Shown: piece after piece, positions 26,505-35,140 of the stretch
Layout: each line of letters opens with the position of its first letter
Position numbering within the stretch: the stretch's first letter is position 1
The notes under the pieces: generated by a model
What the model was told of the DNA's origin: nothing
The model's input: only the letters and a program-made list of their open reading frames with translations
Databases searched by the model: none
Position numbers and translations under genes: made by a program
NCBI GenBank assembly: GCA_027064305.1
Contig: JAMOPY010000032.1
Span: 1-38,047 of the forward strand
Length of the DNA: 38,047 bases
Origin: Methanobacteriota archaeon
GTDB lineage: Archaea > JAADCQ01 > Methanopyri > Methanopyrales > Methanopyraceae
Direction of reading: 5' to 3'

Positions 26505-27203
26505 TCACCCGGCCCCTCCCTCCTCGAACTTCACCCGTACGCGGAACTCCCCCTCGTCCACCAGCAGGCTCTCCTTCACGATCACGTACGGGAACTTCAG
26601 GTGCGCCGTGCGCGTGGCCACCGTGCTCGCGATGAACCGGGCCAGCTTGATCATCGTCGGTTTCAGGTCCTCGTTCACGAGCACCTCCACGTCGAACCCC
26701 GGGCGCTCCTGCACCACCTCCGACGCGTGCAGGACCAGCACGCCGAACTCGTCCCTCCGCAGGCACAGGTCGTTCCGGACCAGGACGAACGGGGTGTGGT
26801 CCAGGTCCAGCTCCTCCCGGGCGGTGGCCGCGATGACCCCCGCCCGCTCGCTGAGCTTCCGGTAGTTCCCCGGGTGGACGGCCAGGAAGCAGACGAACCG
26901 CTCCTCCCCCTCCACGGGCAGCTCCTCCTCGGAGAGAACGGTGCGGATCAGCGGCACCTTGCTGATCATCTTGTCGAGGACGCGGTCCACGCCCTTCAGC
27001 GAGAACTCGAGCCCGGCCAGGGCCCCCAGCTCCCTCACGACCTCCCGGGCCACCGCCCTCAGCTCCAGGCCCCGGTGCCTTTTTAGGTCGTAAACGGGCT
27101 GCCCCGCGTCGGCGAGCGCCTCCAGCGCCTTCATGCTCACCTCGGCGCCCAGCTTCCTAGCCTCCTCGTCCGGGACCCATACCTTGCCCTCCTCTTCACC
27201 CAA
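26505..27203 (-). CDS. Hypothetical protein (232 aa)
   Basis: Acidic, host-like composition from TTG 27203; its stop abuts the next TTG (TGA TTG). The longer ORF-track extension is antisense to lysC. Confidence 0.7.
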   Translation of the reverse strand: MGEEEGKVWVPDEEARKLGAEVSMKALEALADAGQPVYDLKRHRGLELRAVAREVVRELGALAGLEFSLKGVDRVLDKMISKVPLIRTVLSEEELPVEGEERFVCFLAVHPGNYRKLSERAGVIAATAREELDLDHTPFVLVRNDLCLRRDEFGVLVLHASEVVQERPGFDVEVLVNEDLKPTMIKLARFIASTVATRTAHLKFPYVIVKESLLVDEGEFRVRVKFEEGGAG

Positions 27204-27245
27204 CGGGAGTACCCCCGATCCCCGGGGCGGTGAGGGAGGAGCAGC

Positions 27246-28649
27246 TTGAGGATCGTCATGAAGTTCGGCGGCACCTCGGTCGGCTCGGCGGAGGCGATAA
27301 GGAGGGTCGCCGAGATCGTGGAGGAGGCGCACCGCGAGCACGAGGTCCTCGTCGTCACCTCCGCCATGTCCGGGGTCACCGACGAGCTCGAGCGTGCCGC
27401 CCGCCTGGTGCCCCGGTGGACGGAGGAAGACGTGAAGAACTTCGTGGGTCGGATCCGGCGTCGGCACGTGGAAACGGTCAACGAGGTCATCTCCTCGAAC
27501 CTAATCCGACGCGAGGTCCTCGGTCACGTCGACTCCCTGCTGGACGAGCTGGAAAAAGTCCTTTTGGGACTCAGCTACGTCGGCGAGGTCACCCGGCGCT
27601 CCGCGGACCTCGTCCTCTCCTTCGGCGAGCGGCTCGCCGCCCCGATCCTGGCCGGCGCCCTCCGCGACCGGGGGTTGGAGGCCGAGCACCTGGAGGCCGG
27701 CGAGGCGGGCGTGATCACGGACGAGCGGTTCGGCGAGGCGGAACCCATCCTGCCCGCCTGCCGCCGGAAGGCGCAGCGCACCCTGGTCCCGATGCTCCGC
27801 TCCGGCAAAATCCCCGTCGTCACTGGCTTCATCGGCGAGACCGTGGACGGGGAGATCACGACCCTGGGACGGGGCGGCTCCGACTACTCGGCCGCCATCC
27901 TCGGCGCGGCGGTGGAGGCCGACGAGATCCAGATCTGGACGGACGTGGACGGGGTCATGACGGCCAACCCGCGCCTGGTGCCCGACGCCCGCACGGTGCC
28001 CCGGCTGTCCTACGACGAGGCCCTCGAGCTCGCCAGCTTCGGCGCGGAGGTCCTGCACCCAAAGACCGTGATCCCCGCCCGGGCCGAGGGGATCCCCATC
28101 CGCGTCAAGAACACGTTCAACCCGGACGCGGAGGGCACGCTGATCACCGCGGAGACGCAGCCCACGGACGAGGTTGTTAAGGCGGTGGCCTCCTCCTCCG
28201 ACGTGGGCATGGTCGACGTGCGCGGCACGACCATGATCGGGCGGCCCGGCGTCGCCGGCCGCATCTTCACGAAGCTCGGGGAGGCCGGGATCAACGTGAT
28301 CATGATCTCCCAGTCCGCCTCGGAGTCCAACATCTCCATCATCGTGTCCGAGGAGGACGTGAGGGAGGCCGCCCGCATTATCGAGCGCGAGTTCGTCGGG
28401 GAGCGCCTGGTCGACCGCGTGAAGGCGTACGAGGACGTCTCCGTCGTGGCCGTCGTCGGGGAGGGCATGCGCGGCACGCCCGGCGTCGCCTCCCGAGTGT
28501 TCAGCGCCGTGGCCCGGGAGGGGGTGAACGTGCGCACCATCTCCCAGGGGGCCTCCGAGGTGAACATCTCGTTCGTCGTGTCCGAGGAGGACGAGGCTAA
28601 GGCGGTCAACGCGATCCACTCCGAGTTCGGCCTCGGTGAAGGATCATGA
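27246..28649 (+). CDS. lysC: Aspartate kinase (two ACT domains)
   Basis: MKFGGTSVG, VTSAM, SFGERL, TTLGRGGSDYSA, WTDVDGVMTANPR, GAEVLHP, ISQGASE. Confidence 0.97.
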   Translation: MRIVMKFGGTSVGSAEAIRRVAEIVEEAHREHEVLVVTSAMSGVTDELERAARLVPRWTEEDVKNFVGRIRRRHVETVNEVISSNLIRREVLGHVDSLLDELEKVLLGLSYVGEVTRRSADLVLSFGERLAAPILAGALRDRGLEAEHLEAGEAGVITDERFGEAEPILPACRRKAQRTLVPMLRSGKIPVVTGFIGETVDGEITTLGRGGSDYSAAILGAAVEADEIQIWTDVDGVMTANPRLVPDARTVPRLSYDEALELASFGAEVLHPKTVIPARAEGIPIRVKNTFNPDAEGTLITAETQPTDEVVKAVASSSDVGMVDVRGTTMIGRPGVAGRIFTKLGEAGINVIMISQSASESNISIIVSEEDVREAARIIEREFVGERLVDRVKAYEDVSVVAVVGEGMRGTPGVASRVFSAVAREGVNVRTISQGASEVNISFVVSEEDEAKAVNAIHSEFGLGEGS

Positions 28650-29374
28650 TCGCGCCCCTGGTCAACGGGTACGTGCGCTACTTGGCCCGGAAGCGCCTCG
28701 TGCTCAAGCCCACCTCCACGCTGACCTACGCCGCCCTGCTGGGGCTGAAGGCGCTATCCAACCGATTCTCGGACGACCGCGTCGAAGATCTCAGCCCCGA
28801 GCCCCTCTGGACGGTCGAATCGATCACCCACGTGCGCACCCGGGACCGCATCGGCAGGGAGCTGCTCCAGGAGCTCGTCCGCTACCTCACCGAACGCCTA
28901 CCGCCCGACGCGCCGGTCTCGGACGCCATCCCCGAGATCGAGGTCGAGGCGGAGCTCCTGTCCCGCAGCGAGAGCCTCGCGCAGATCCTGAGGAACGCGG
29001 ACCTGCCGTTCGAGATCAACGGCACCAGCCGTACCACCGTGGAGCTGGACCTGAGGCTGATCGAGCTGTTCCTGCTGCTGGACCGCCTGAGCGAGGACGA
29101 ACCGGACCGATACGTCAAGCCCTTCGTGATCACCTGCTTCGAGACGCTGTCCGACTACATCGACGTGCTCGACCTGCGCTGGAGCCACGTGGACCCCCTT
29201 AAGCGCCGCATCACCGTCCGGGGCCGCGTCCGAACCATCTCCCGGTACCTGGCCCAGGAACTACTGGAGATGCCTCGGCAGGGCGAGAGCGTGTTTCCGA
29301 TCACCTCCGTGGAGGTGGCCCGCTGGGAGCGCAGGATTAGCAGGGAGTGGGGCCACGAGTTCAGGTTCCTATGA
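28646..29374 (+). CDS. Hypothetical protein (242 aa)
   Basis: ATGA overlap with the lysC stop, SD GGTGA, host-like codon usage; no family recognised. Confidence 0.7.
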   Translation: MIAPLVNGYVRYLARKRLVLKPTSTLTYAALLGLKALSNRFSDDRVEDLSPEPLWTVESITHVRTRDRIGRELLQELVRYLTERLPPDAPVSDAIPEIEVEAELLSRSESLAQILRNADLPFEINGTSRTTVELDLRLIELFLLLDRLSEDEPDRYVKPFVITCFETLSDYIDVLDLRWSHVDPLKRRITVRGRVRTISRYLAQELLEMPRQGESVFPITSVEVARWERRISREWGHEFRFL

Positions 29375-31472
29375 GCCGACGCGCGCTCTCCCGGATCCGA
29401 CGCGCCCTCCGCTCCCCCACCCCGCGCACCCGGGTGAGCCGTGAGAGGCTCGCCTCCGCCAGATCCTCCACGGACCGGAACCCCGCCTCGTAGAGCCGCA
29501 TCGCCAGGGTCCTACCCACCCCGTCCACCTCCGTCAGCTCCAGAACCTCCTCCGGCACCCCCAGCTCGATCCGACGGCTGAGCATCGGGCACCTCCACCG
29601 AATCCCCGCCGCCGACGCCAGCCGTGACATCCCCCACGCGATCCACGCCGCGTCCTCCCGCGCCCGATAGAGGTCCCCCGGGTAGAGCTCGTACCGCCGG
29701 AGTATCACCCGCTCCGAGACCCCGGAGACCCAGTCCCGCAGCACCTCCGCCCACGCCAACCTCCGCTCCAGCTCCCAGTCGTCGTACCCGAACCACCCCA
29801 CCGCCAGCTCCGCCACCTCCTCACCGGACAGCGCCTCCGAGGATCCGCCCAGGAACGCGTCGAGCGTGCCCTGCTCCCGCCCCTTCCAGGAGATCGGGGC
29901 CGGGGTGAAGTCCTGAGACAGCGTGATCGCCGGCAGCACGACGGACTCCTCCGTCCCCATCTCCCTCATCACCTCCAGCAGGAACCGGGCCGAGTCCGGG
30001 TTCAGGTACGTCTCCGCCACCGCCCGACCCACCTCCGTCACCCGCAGCCGCCCCCCGAGCTCCCGAACGAAGTCCCACTCCCTCAACAGCCTCACCGACT
30101 CCACCACCAGCTCCTCCGGCGCCGAACGCTCCCACTCCACGGACTCCACGAACGTGTTGAGCGAGACCTCCAACACGTCGGAGAGGTCCTCGCAGAACCC
30201 CGCCGCCACGAGCCCCAGGATGAAACGCCGGAGCTGCGGCCCCGCCGACCAGATCCGGCTCCGCACCGGCTCCGCCTCGGACCGCACGTACTCCTCCGCC
30301 AGCTCCCGCAGCCTCGGGCTCACGAACACGTACACGTAGCCAACCTCATCGTACCCCGGACGACCCGCCCGACCCGCCATCTGCTTGAACTCGTTCTTCG
30401 AGGGCTTCAGCTGACCACCGACCCGGACCCCGAAGTCCCGGATCAGCACGTACCGGGCGGGCAGATTGACCCCGGCCGCCAACGTCGGCGTGCACGTCAC
30501 CACCTTGAGCAGCCCCTCCCGGAACGCGTCCTCCACGAGCTCCCGCTGCCCCGGGGCCAGCCCGGCGTGATGGAACGCCACCCCGCTCCTCACGGTCTCC
30601 GCCAGCACCCTCGTATCATCTCCCTCACCCTCCTCCCGCACCTGCTCCGCCAGCTCCCGCAGCTCCTCCACCTCCCGCCGGGACAAGTGCCCTCGAACCA
30701 CGGACGCCAGCCGCTGCGCCTCGGTCATCGATCGCCGCCGTGAGTACAGGAACACGAGGGCCTGACCTCCCTCCCTCAGGCATCGCTCCACCACCTCGTC
30801 CACGCGGTTATCCGCGTCCGACGGCGTCACCTCCTCCACCCGGTACCTCAGCTCCACCGGCCGCCAATTGCTCTCTACCACCTCGGCCCCCAGCCACCGC
30901 CCGAGCTCGCGCGCGTTACCCACCGTGGCCGAGAGCGCCAGCACGGACGCGCCCGAGAACGTGCGCACCAGGGCGATGAGACCCTCGTACGTAGGCCCCC
31001 GATCCGACTCCCCGACCAGGTGCACCTCGTCCATCACCAGCAGGTCGACGGCGTCCACCAGCCCCGGCCTCGACCGCAGGCTCGCGTCCAGCTTCTCGGC
31101 CGTCGTGATCAGCACGCCCGGCTCCAACTCCCGGATCGGCTCCCGCACGTCCCCGGTCCGGAGCTCGACGCTCACGTCCACCCCCAGCTCCTCCCGGCAG
31201 AACCGGGCGACCCTCTCGAAGTCCCGGCGCTTCTCCCGGGCCAACGCCCGGTAGGGGACGACGTAAATCACGCGCCGCCGCCCGTCGTGCGAGGCCAGCT
31301 CGTGCAGCACTCGCATCTCCGCGATGAGCGTCTTCCCGCTGGCCGTGGGCGCCGCGACCACCAAGTTCTTACCCTCGAACAGCCCACGCTCCACCGCCTC
31401 CCGCTGCGGCGGGAAGAGCTCCTTTATCCCGCGCCACTCCAGGTACCGCCGCACGTGCTCCGGCAGCTCCAA
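29361..31472 (-). CDS. hel308: Ski2-like ATP-dependent DNA helicase Hel308/Hjm
   Basis: Q motif LFPPQ, APTASGKT, TAEKLD, DEVH, LSAT, FHHAGL, TPTLAAGVNLPA, QMAGRAGRPGYD, C-terminal HhH repeats; likely TTG start at 31472. Confidence 0.93.
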   Translation of the reverse strand: MELPEHVRRYLEWRGIKELFPPQREAVERGLFEGKNLVVAAPTASGKTLIAEMRVLHELASHDGRRRVIYVVPYRALAREKRRDFERVARFCREELGVDVSVELRTGDVREPIRELEPGVLITTAEKLDASLRSRPGLVDAVDLLVMDEVHLVGESDRGPTYEGLIALVRTFSGASVLALSATVGNARELGRWLGAEVVESNWRPVELRYRVEEVTPSDADNRVDEVVERCLREGGQALVFLYSRRRSMTEAQRLASVVRGHLSRREVEELRELAEQVREEGEGDDTRVLAETVRSGVAFHHAGLAPGQRELVEDAFREGLLKVVTCTPTLAAGVNLPARYVLIRDFGVRVGGQLKPSKNEFKQMAGRAGRPGYDEVGYVYVFVSPRLRELAEEYVRSEAEPVRSRIWSAGPQLRRFILGLVAAGFCEDLSDVLEVSLNTFVESVEWERSAPEELVVESVRLLREWDFVRELGGRLRVTEVGRAVAETYLNPDSARFLLEVMREMGTEESVVLPAITLSQDFTPAPISWKGREQGTLDAFLGGSSEALSGEEVAELAVGWFGYDDWELERRLAWAEVLRDWVSGVSERVILRRYELYPGDLYRAREDAAWIAWGMSRLASAAGIRWRCPMLSRRIELGVPEEVLELTEVDGVGRTLAMRLYEAGFRSVEDLAEASLSRLTRVRGVGERRARRIRESARRLIGT

Positions 31473-31499
31473 GGCGCACGCACCCTTGGGGGTCCCCGG

Positions 31500-32009
31500 T
31501 TGGACGAGGTCAGGCTTCAGGGACGCGCCTACGTGCACCCGACCGCCACGCTCCTCGGCCGGGTCACCCTGGAACGGGACGTCAGCGTCTGGCCGGGAGC
31601 GGTCATCCGGGGCGACCTCGAGCCCGTCACGATCGGGGAGGGGTCCAACGTGCAGGACAACGCCGTGATCCACGTCTCCCGGGGCCACCCGGTGGAGATC
31701 GGGCGCCGGGTGAGCGTCGGTCACGGCGCCGTCGTGCACGGGGCCCGGGTCGAGGACGACTGTCTCATCGGGATGAACGCCACCGTAATGAACGGCGCGG
31801 TCGTCCGGCGCGGGTCCATCGTCGGGGCCGGCGCCGTCGTCACCGAGGGCACCGAGGTGGGCCCGCGCGAGGTGTGGGCCGGGGTCCCGGCGCGGAAGAT
31901 CGGGGAGGTGGACGACGACCGGCTCGAGGAGATCCGAGACAACGCTCGCCGGTACCTGAAGCTGGCGAGGAGGGAGCTCCCCACCTGGACTCAATCCCGG
32001 CGGCGGTAG
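31500..32009 (+). CDS. Gamma-class carbonic anhydrase family (hexapeptide repeat)
   Basis: VWPGAVIRGD, GEGSNVQDNAVIH, VGHGAVVHG, GVPARK; TTG start at 31500. Confidence 0.92.
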   Translation: MDEVRLQGRAYVHPTATLLGRVTLERDVSVWPGAVIRGDLEPVTIGEGSNVQDNAVIHVSRGHPVEIGRRVSVGHGAVVHGARVEDDCLIGMNATVMNGAVVRRGSIVGAGAVVTEGTEVGPREVWAGVPARKIGEVDDDRLEEIRDNARRYLKLARRELPTWTQSRRR

Positions 32010-33007
32010 GCCAGGTAAGCGGCCCCCACGGCCGGGGCCACCTCGGACCCGGCCCCGAACACGTCATCGAAGGACTCGAACTCCACCCCCAGCCGGTTGC
32101 AGGCGGACCGCAGCAGGAACTCCCCGGCGCCCGCCCCCACGACGCGGTCCAAGTCGTACTCCCTCAGCTTGAACTTTAGGTGCTTAAGCAGCCGACCCAT
32201 CAGCACCCGGTAGGCCGAGCGGGCCACCTGCATCACCCCATCCCAGCCCAGCTCCTCCAGGTCCGAGCAGACGACCCTCGCCAGCCGGCGGGCGCAGTCC
32301 TCCGGCGACTTCCCTCGACCGTCGGGCGTCTCCGGCGTGTACTCGTCCTCCGAGATCAGCTCCAGCAGGACCAGCGCGTCCGCGATGATCGAGAAGTACT
32401 CGTAGGAGACCGGCACGACCGAACCGTCGATCTCCACCTCCCTCAGCAGGAACCCGATCGGCGTTCGCAGCGCGCCCAGGTAGACCAGCTCCCCGGCCCG
32501 CAGCCGCTCCAGGTCCGTGCGACCCTTCGCCCGCACCTCCCCGTCCACGATCGGGATCAGGTCGAGCGTGGTCGAACCCAGGTCCGAGAACAGGTAGGAG
32601 CCCTGATGCAGCTCCGACAGCAGCTCGGCCGTGGCCCGCCAGTTGGCCGACGCCACCTCCCGCCAAGCGTCCAGGCACTCCTCCGGCTCGATCGCGTCAC
32701 CGGACGACGTGACCACCCGCACCGGGACCCGCGCGCTGGACGCCACCAGGTCAACGATGTACTCCACGCCCTCCCGGCGCGTCTCAAAGACGTCCGCCAG
32801 CTCCCCCGACATCGTGAGTCCGATCAGGTCCGGACGGTACCTGGACACCACCCGCTTCACGAACCTGTGAAGGCGCCTCCTCCCCCACCGCTTCCACATC
32901 GGGAGGTACTCACGCTTGGTCTCCTCTACCTCCAGCTCTCCATCCCGCACCCGAACCAACGCCGCGTCGGTGTGAGCCCCACCCACGTCCAGTCCGAGCA
33001 CGCGCAG
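31991..33007 (-). CDS. mfnF: Methanofuran biosynthesis protein MfnF (hydantoinase/oxoprolinase-like)
   Basis: GLDVGGAHT, YLPMW, TMSGELADVF..RREGV, ASANW.AT, DLGSTTLDLIP, TDLERL..GELVYLGALRTP, TPDG, RLARVVCSD. Start probably CTG at 33007 (or GTG at 33001). Confidence 0.85.
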   Translation of the reverse strand: MRVLGLDVGGAHTDAALVRVRDGELEVEETKREYLPMWKRWGRRRLHRFVKRVVSRYRPDLIGLTMSGELADVFETRREGVEYIVDLVASSARVPVRVVTSSGDAIEPEECLDAWREVASANWRATAELLSELHQGSYLFSDLGSTTLDLIPIVDGEVRAKGRTDLERLRAGELVYLGALRTPIGFLLREVEIDGSVVPVSYEYFSIIADALVLLELISEDEYTPETPDGRGKSPEDCARRLARVVCSDLEELGWDGVMQVARSAYRVLMGRLLKHLKFKLREYDLDRVVGAGAGEFLLRSACNRLGVEFESFDDVFGAGSEVAPAVGAAYLAYRRRD

Positions 33008-33012
33008 GGTGC

Positions 33013-33945
33013 CTACCCCCGACGATACACCTCGATGTCGCCGAACCGCTCCACCCGACGGAACCCCTCCGGGACCAGCGCCTCCGCCCCCGACCGAACG
33101 AACACGTACTCTCCCGAGTAGGACCACACGCCCGGCGACGGGCCCTCCAGCAGCGCCTCCGCCAGCCGCTCCGGCCCCTCCAGGGCCGCCCCCACCACCG
33201 GGGTCGTCGGCCGCGGGTTCACCTCGATCACGTAGGGCACGTCCCCACGCATCACCACGTCCACCCCGAACACGCCCGACAGCCCGCTTATCCGTTCCAC
33301 CACCTCCTCCGCCACGTCCCGGGCCACCCGCCGCACCCTCCCGGACCGACTCGGGGTGCGGCCACCCAGGTACACGAACTCCCCACCGGCCAGGGCCACG
33401 AACTGATCGTTAACCCCTACCACCTCCACCGACTCCCCGTCCGTCACGCACAGCAGGCTGTGGTGCGACCCGGGCACGAACTCCACCTCCAGCTCCCCGG
33501 GGCCAACCCGCACCCCCTCGGACCCCACCCCGTCCACCGGCTTCCCCACCGTCACGTCGCCCCCACGCCTCGGGACCCGGAACGTCGAGGCACCCTCCAA
33601 CGCCTCCAGCGTCCGAAGCTTGTCCCCGGCCACCTCCACGGCCTCCGGGGAGGGACCCAACACCCGCACCCGACGACCGAACTCCCTCACCTTCTCCGCC
33701 AGCACCCCGTCCGTCTCCGGCGCGATCACCACCGCCGCGTCCGCGAGCTCCAGCGCCCTCGACTCCCGACGCACCACCACGTCCGCCCAACGCACCCCCA
33801 CGCCCGCCTCGGCCACCGCGACCGTCTCCACCCCGTACTCGCGGAGCGAGAGCAGCAGCGCCTCGAGCATCGCCTTCCCCTCGCCCACCAGGTCGCGCTC
33901 GCCCCGCGCCACCGCGTACTCGTACACCAGCACCCGATCCGTCAT
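33013..33945 (-). CDS. mfnD: ATP-grasp enzyme, tyramine--L-glutamate ligase MfnD
   Basis: LVYEYA, EGKAML, IAPETDG.L, GDK, KPVDGVGSEG, NDQ, GVD, IEVNPRPTT; adjacent to mfnF. Confidence 0.8.
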   Translation of the reverse strand: MTDRVLVYEYAVARGERDLVGEGKAMLEALLLSLREYGVETVAVAEAGVGVRWADVVVRRESRALELADAAVVIAPETDGVLAEKVREFGRRVRVLGPSPEAVEVAGDKLRTLEALEGASTFRVPRRGGDVTVGKPVDGVGSEGVRVGPGELEVEFVPGSHHSLLCVTDGESVEVVGVNDQFVALAGGEFVYLGGRTPSRSGRVRRVARDVAEEVVERISGLSGVFGVDVVMRGDVPYVIEVNPRPTTPVVGAALEGPERLAEALLEGPSPGVWSYSGEYVFVRSGAEALVPEGFRRVERFGDIEVYRRG

Positions 33946-33970
33946 GGGTACCCCCGAGGGGTGTCGGAGG

Positions 33971-35086
33971 ATGGGGGAAATAGTCTACGAGGTCGAGGGG
34001 TTCCGGACCGCCGACCCCGCCGACACGCTCCGATGGTTGAAGGACCGCTCCATCCCCTCGCTGCTCGGGCTGAAGAAGGAGGCGGAGGGCCGGGTCGGCG
34101 GGGTCCCGATCAAGGTCTACACCCGGGGCTCCCGGGCTCACGCCGGGAAGGGCACGTCGGAGGAGCAGTCCACCGTCTCCGGGATCATGGAGTCCGTGGA
34201 GCGGGCCTCCGCGGAGCCGGAGCACCACGAACCCGAGCGCGATCGTCCCGAGGGGGACGCGTGGGTCCCGCCCTGGTACCCGACAGAGCCGGGCGCCTGG
34301 CTGCCGGCCCGGGATCTGACCGAGGGCGGGACCGTCCACGTGCCCGCGAACGAGGCGCTTCATCCCTGGCCGGGGGACGGGCTCCCCTCACACACCAGCG
34401 GCCTGGCCGCGGGTCGCACCCGGGAGGAGGCGGTCGTCCAGGGATTGCTGGAGGTGCTGGAGCGGGACGCCTGGAGCGTGTTCGAGTACCATCGACGGCC
34501 CGCCCCGGGGCTCCGGGTGCACGGGGACCTGGAACGGCTCCGGCGATCGATCGCCGAGGACGTGGGCGGTGAGGTGCACCTGCGGTTGCTCCCGTCCCGG
34601 GTGCCCGGGGTGTACGCGGTGGGGGCGGTGGTCGAGTCCCCGTCCGTGCGGGAGATGGTGCTGGGGTTCGGATGCAGCCCGGACCCACGGATGGCGGCGC
34701 TGCGGTCCCTGCTCGAGGTGGCGCAGGGCGTGTTCATGGCCCGGGAGGGGTTCGAGGGGGTCCGGCGCGTCGACCCGCTGGGCGGGAAGCTAACGCCGGA
34801 GCGGTTGAAGCGGATCCACCGTCACTGGTTCCGGGCCTCCGGGACGGTGGAGCTGGACGAGCTGGATCTGGAGGTGCGCGCGCGCTCGTTGGATCGGTTG
34901 CTCGAAGAACTAGTGGAGCGGGTTCGCGAGGGTGGGTTGGGTCGGGTGCTCGTGGTCGACCTGACGCGGGGGGATCTTAAGGTCCCGGTGGTGAGGGTGC
35001 GCGTGACCGGGGCGGCGGAGCTCGCGTTGGACGAGCGCCGGGTGGGGAACCTGCCCGAGGAGCCGCCGGAGGACTGGGTGGGATGA
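33971..35086 (+). CDS. ycaO: YcaO family McrA-glycine thioamidation protein
   Basis: R...P.DT, GKG, MESVER.SAE, TSGLAAG, GLLEVLERDA, AL.SLLEVAQ, DLT...VPVVRV; ATG at 33971 after GGAGG. Confidence 0.9.
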   Translation: MGEIVYEVEGFRTADPADTLRWLKDRSIPSLLGLKKEAEGRVGGVPIKVYTRGSRAHAGKGTSEEQSTVSGIMESVERASAEPEHHEPERDRPEGDAWVPPWYPTEPGAWLPARDLTEGGTVHVPANEALHPWPGDGLPSHTSGLAAGRTREEAVVQGLLEVLERDAWSVFEYHRRPAPGLRVHGDLERLRRSIAEDVGGEVHLRLLPSRVPGVYAVGAVVESPSVREMVLGFGCSPDPRMAALRSLLEVAQGVFMAREGFEGVRRVDPLGGKLTPERLKRIHRHWFRASGTVELDELDLEVRARSLDRLLEELVERVREGGLGRVLVVDLTRGDLKVPVVRVRVTGAAELALDERRVGNLPEEPPEDWVG

Positions 35087-35140
35087 AGAAAGGGCCCGTG
35101 CCGAGGGCTTCCCGGTGACGAGTGTCACCCTCGCGGACCC
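35076..35140 (+). ncRNA. Candidate box C/D guide sRNA overlapping the ycaO stop (alternatively the ftr 3' hairpin)
   Basis: GGGATGA (35080-86), 14 nt, CCGA, GGG-CTT-CCC, GTGACGA (35115-21), 12 nt, CGGA (35134-37), with a GGG/CCC terminal stem. Confidence 0.45.

Noticed and set aside
31473-31994. N-terminal extension of Hel308 in the 877-aa ORF
   Set aside because: It is the antisense of the gamma-carbonic anhydrase gene; helicase similarity starts near 31472.
33406-33412. ATCGTTA inside mfnD
   Set aside because: No right arm at 9-nt spacing, and it lies in coding sequence (GVNDQ).
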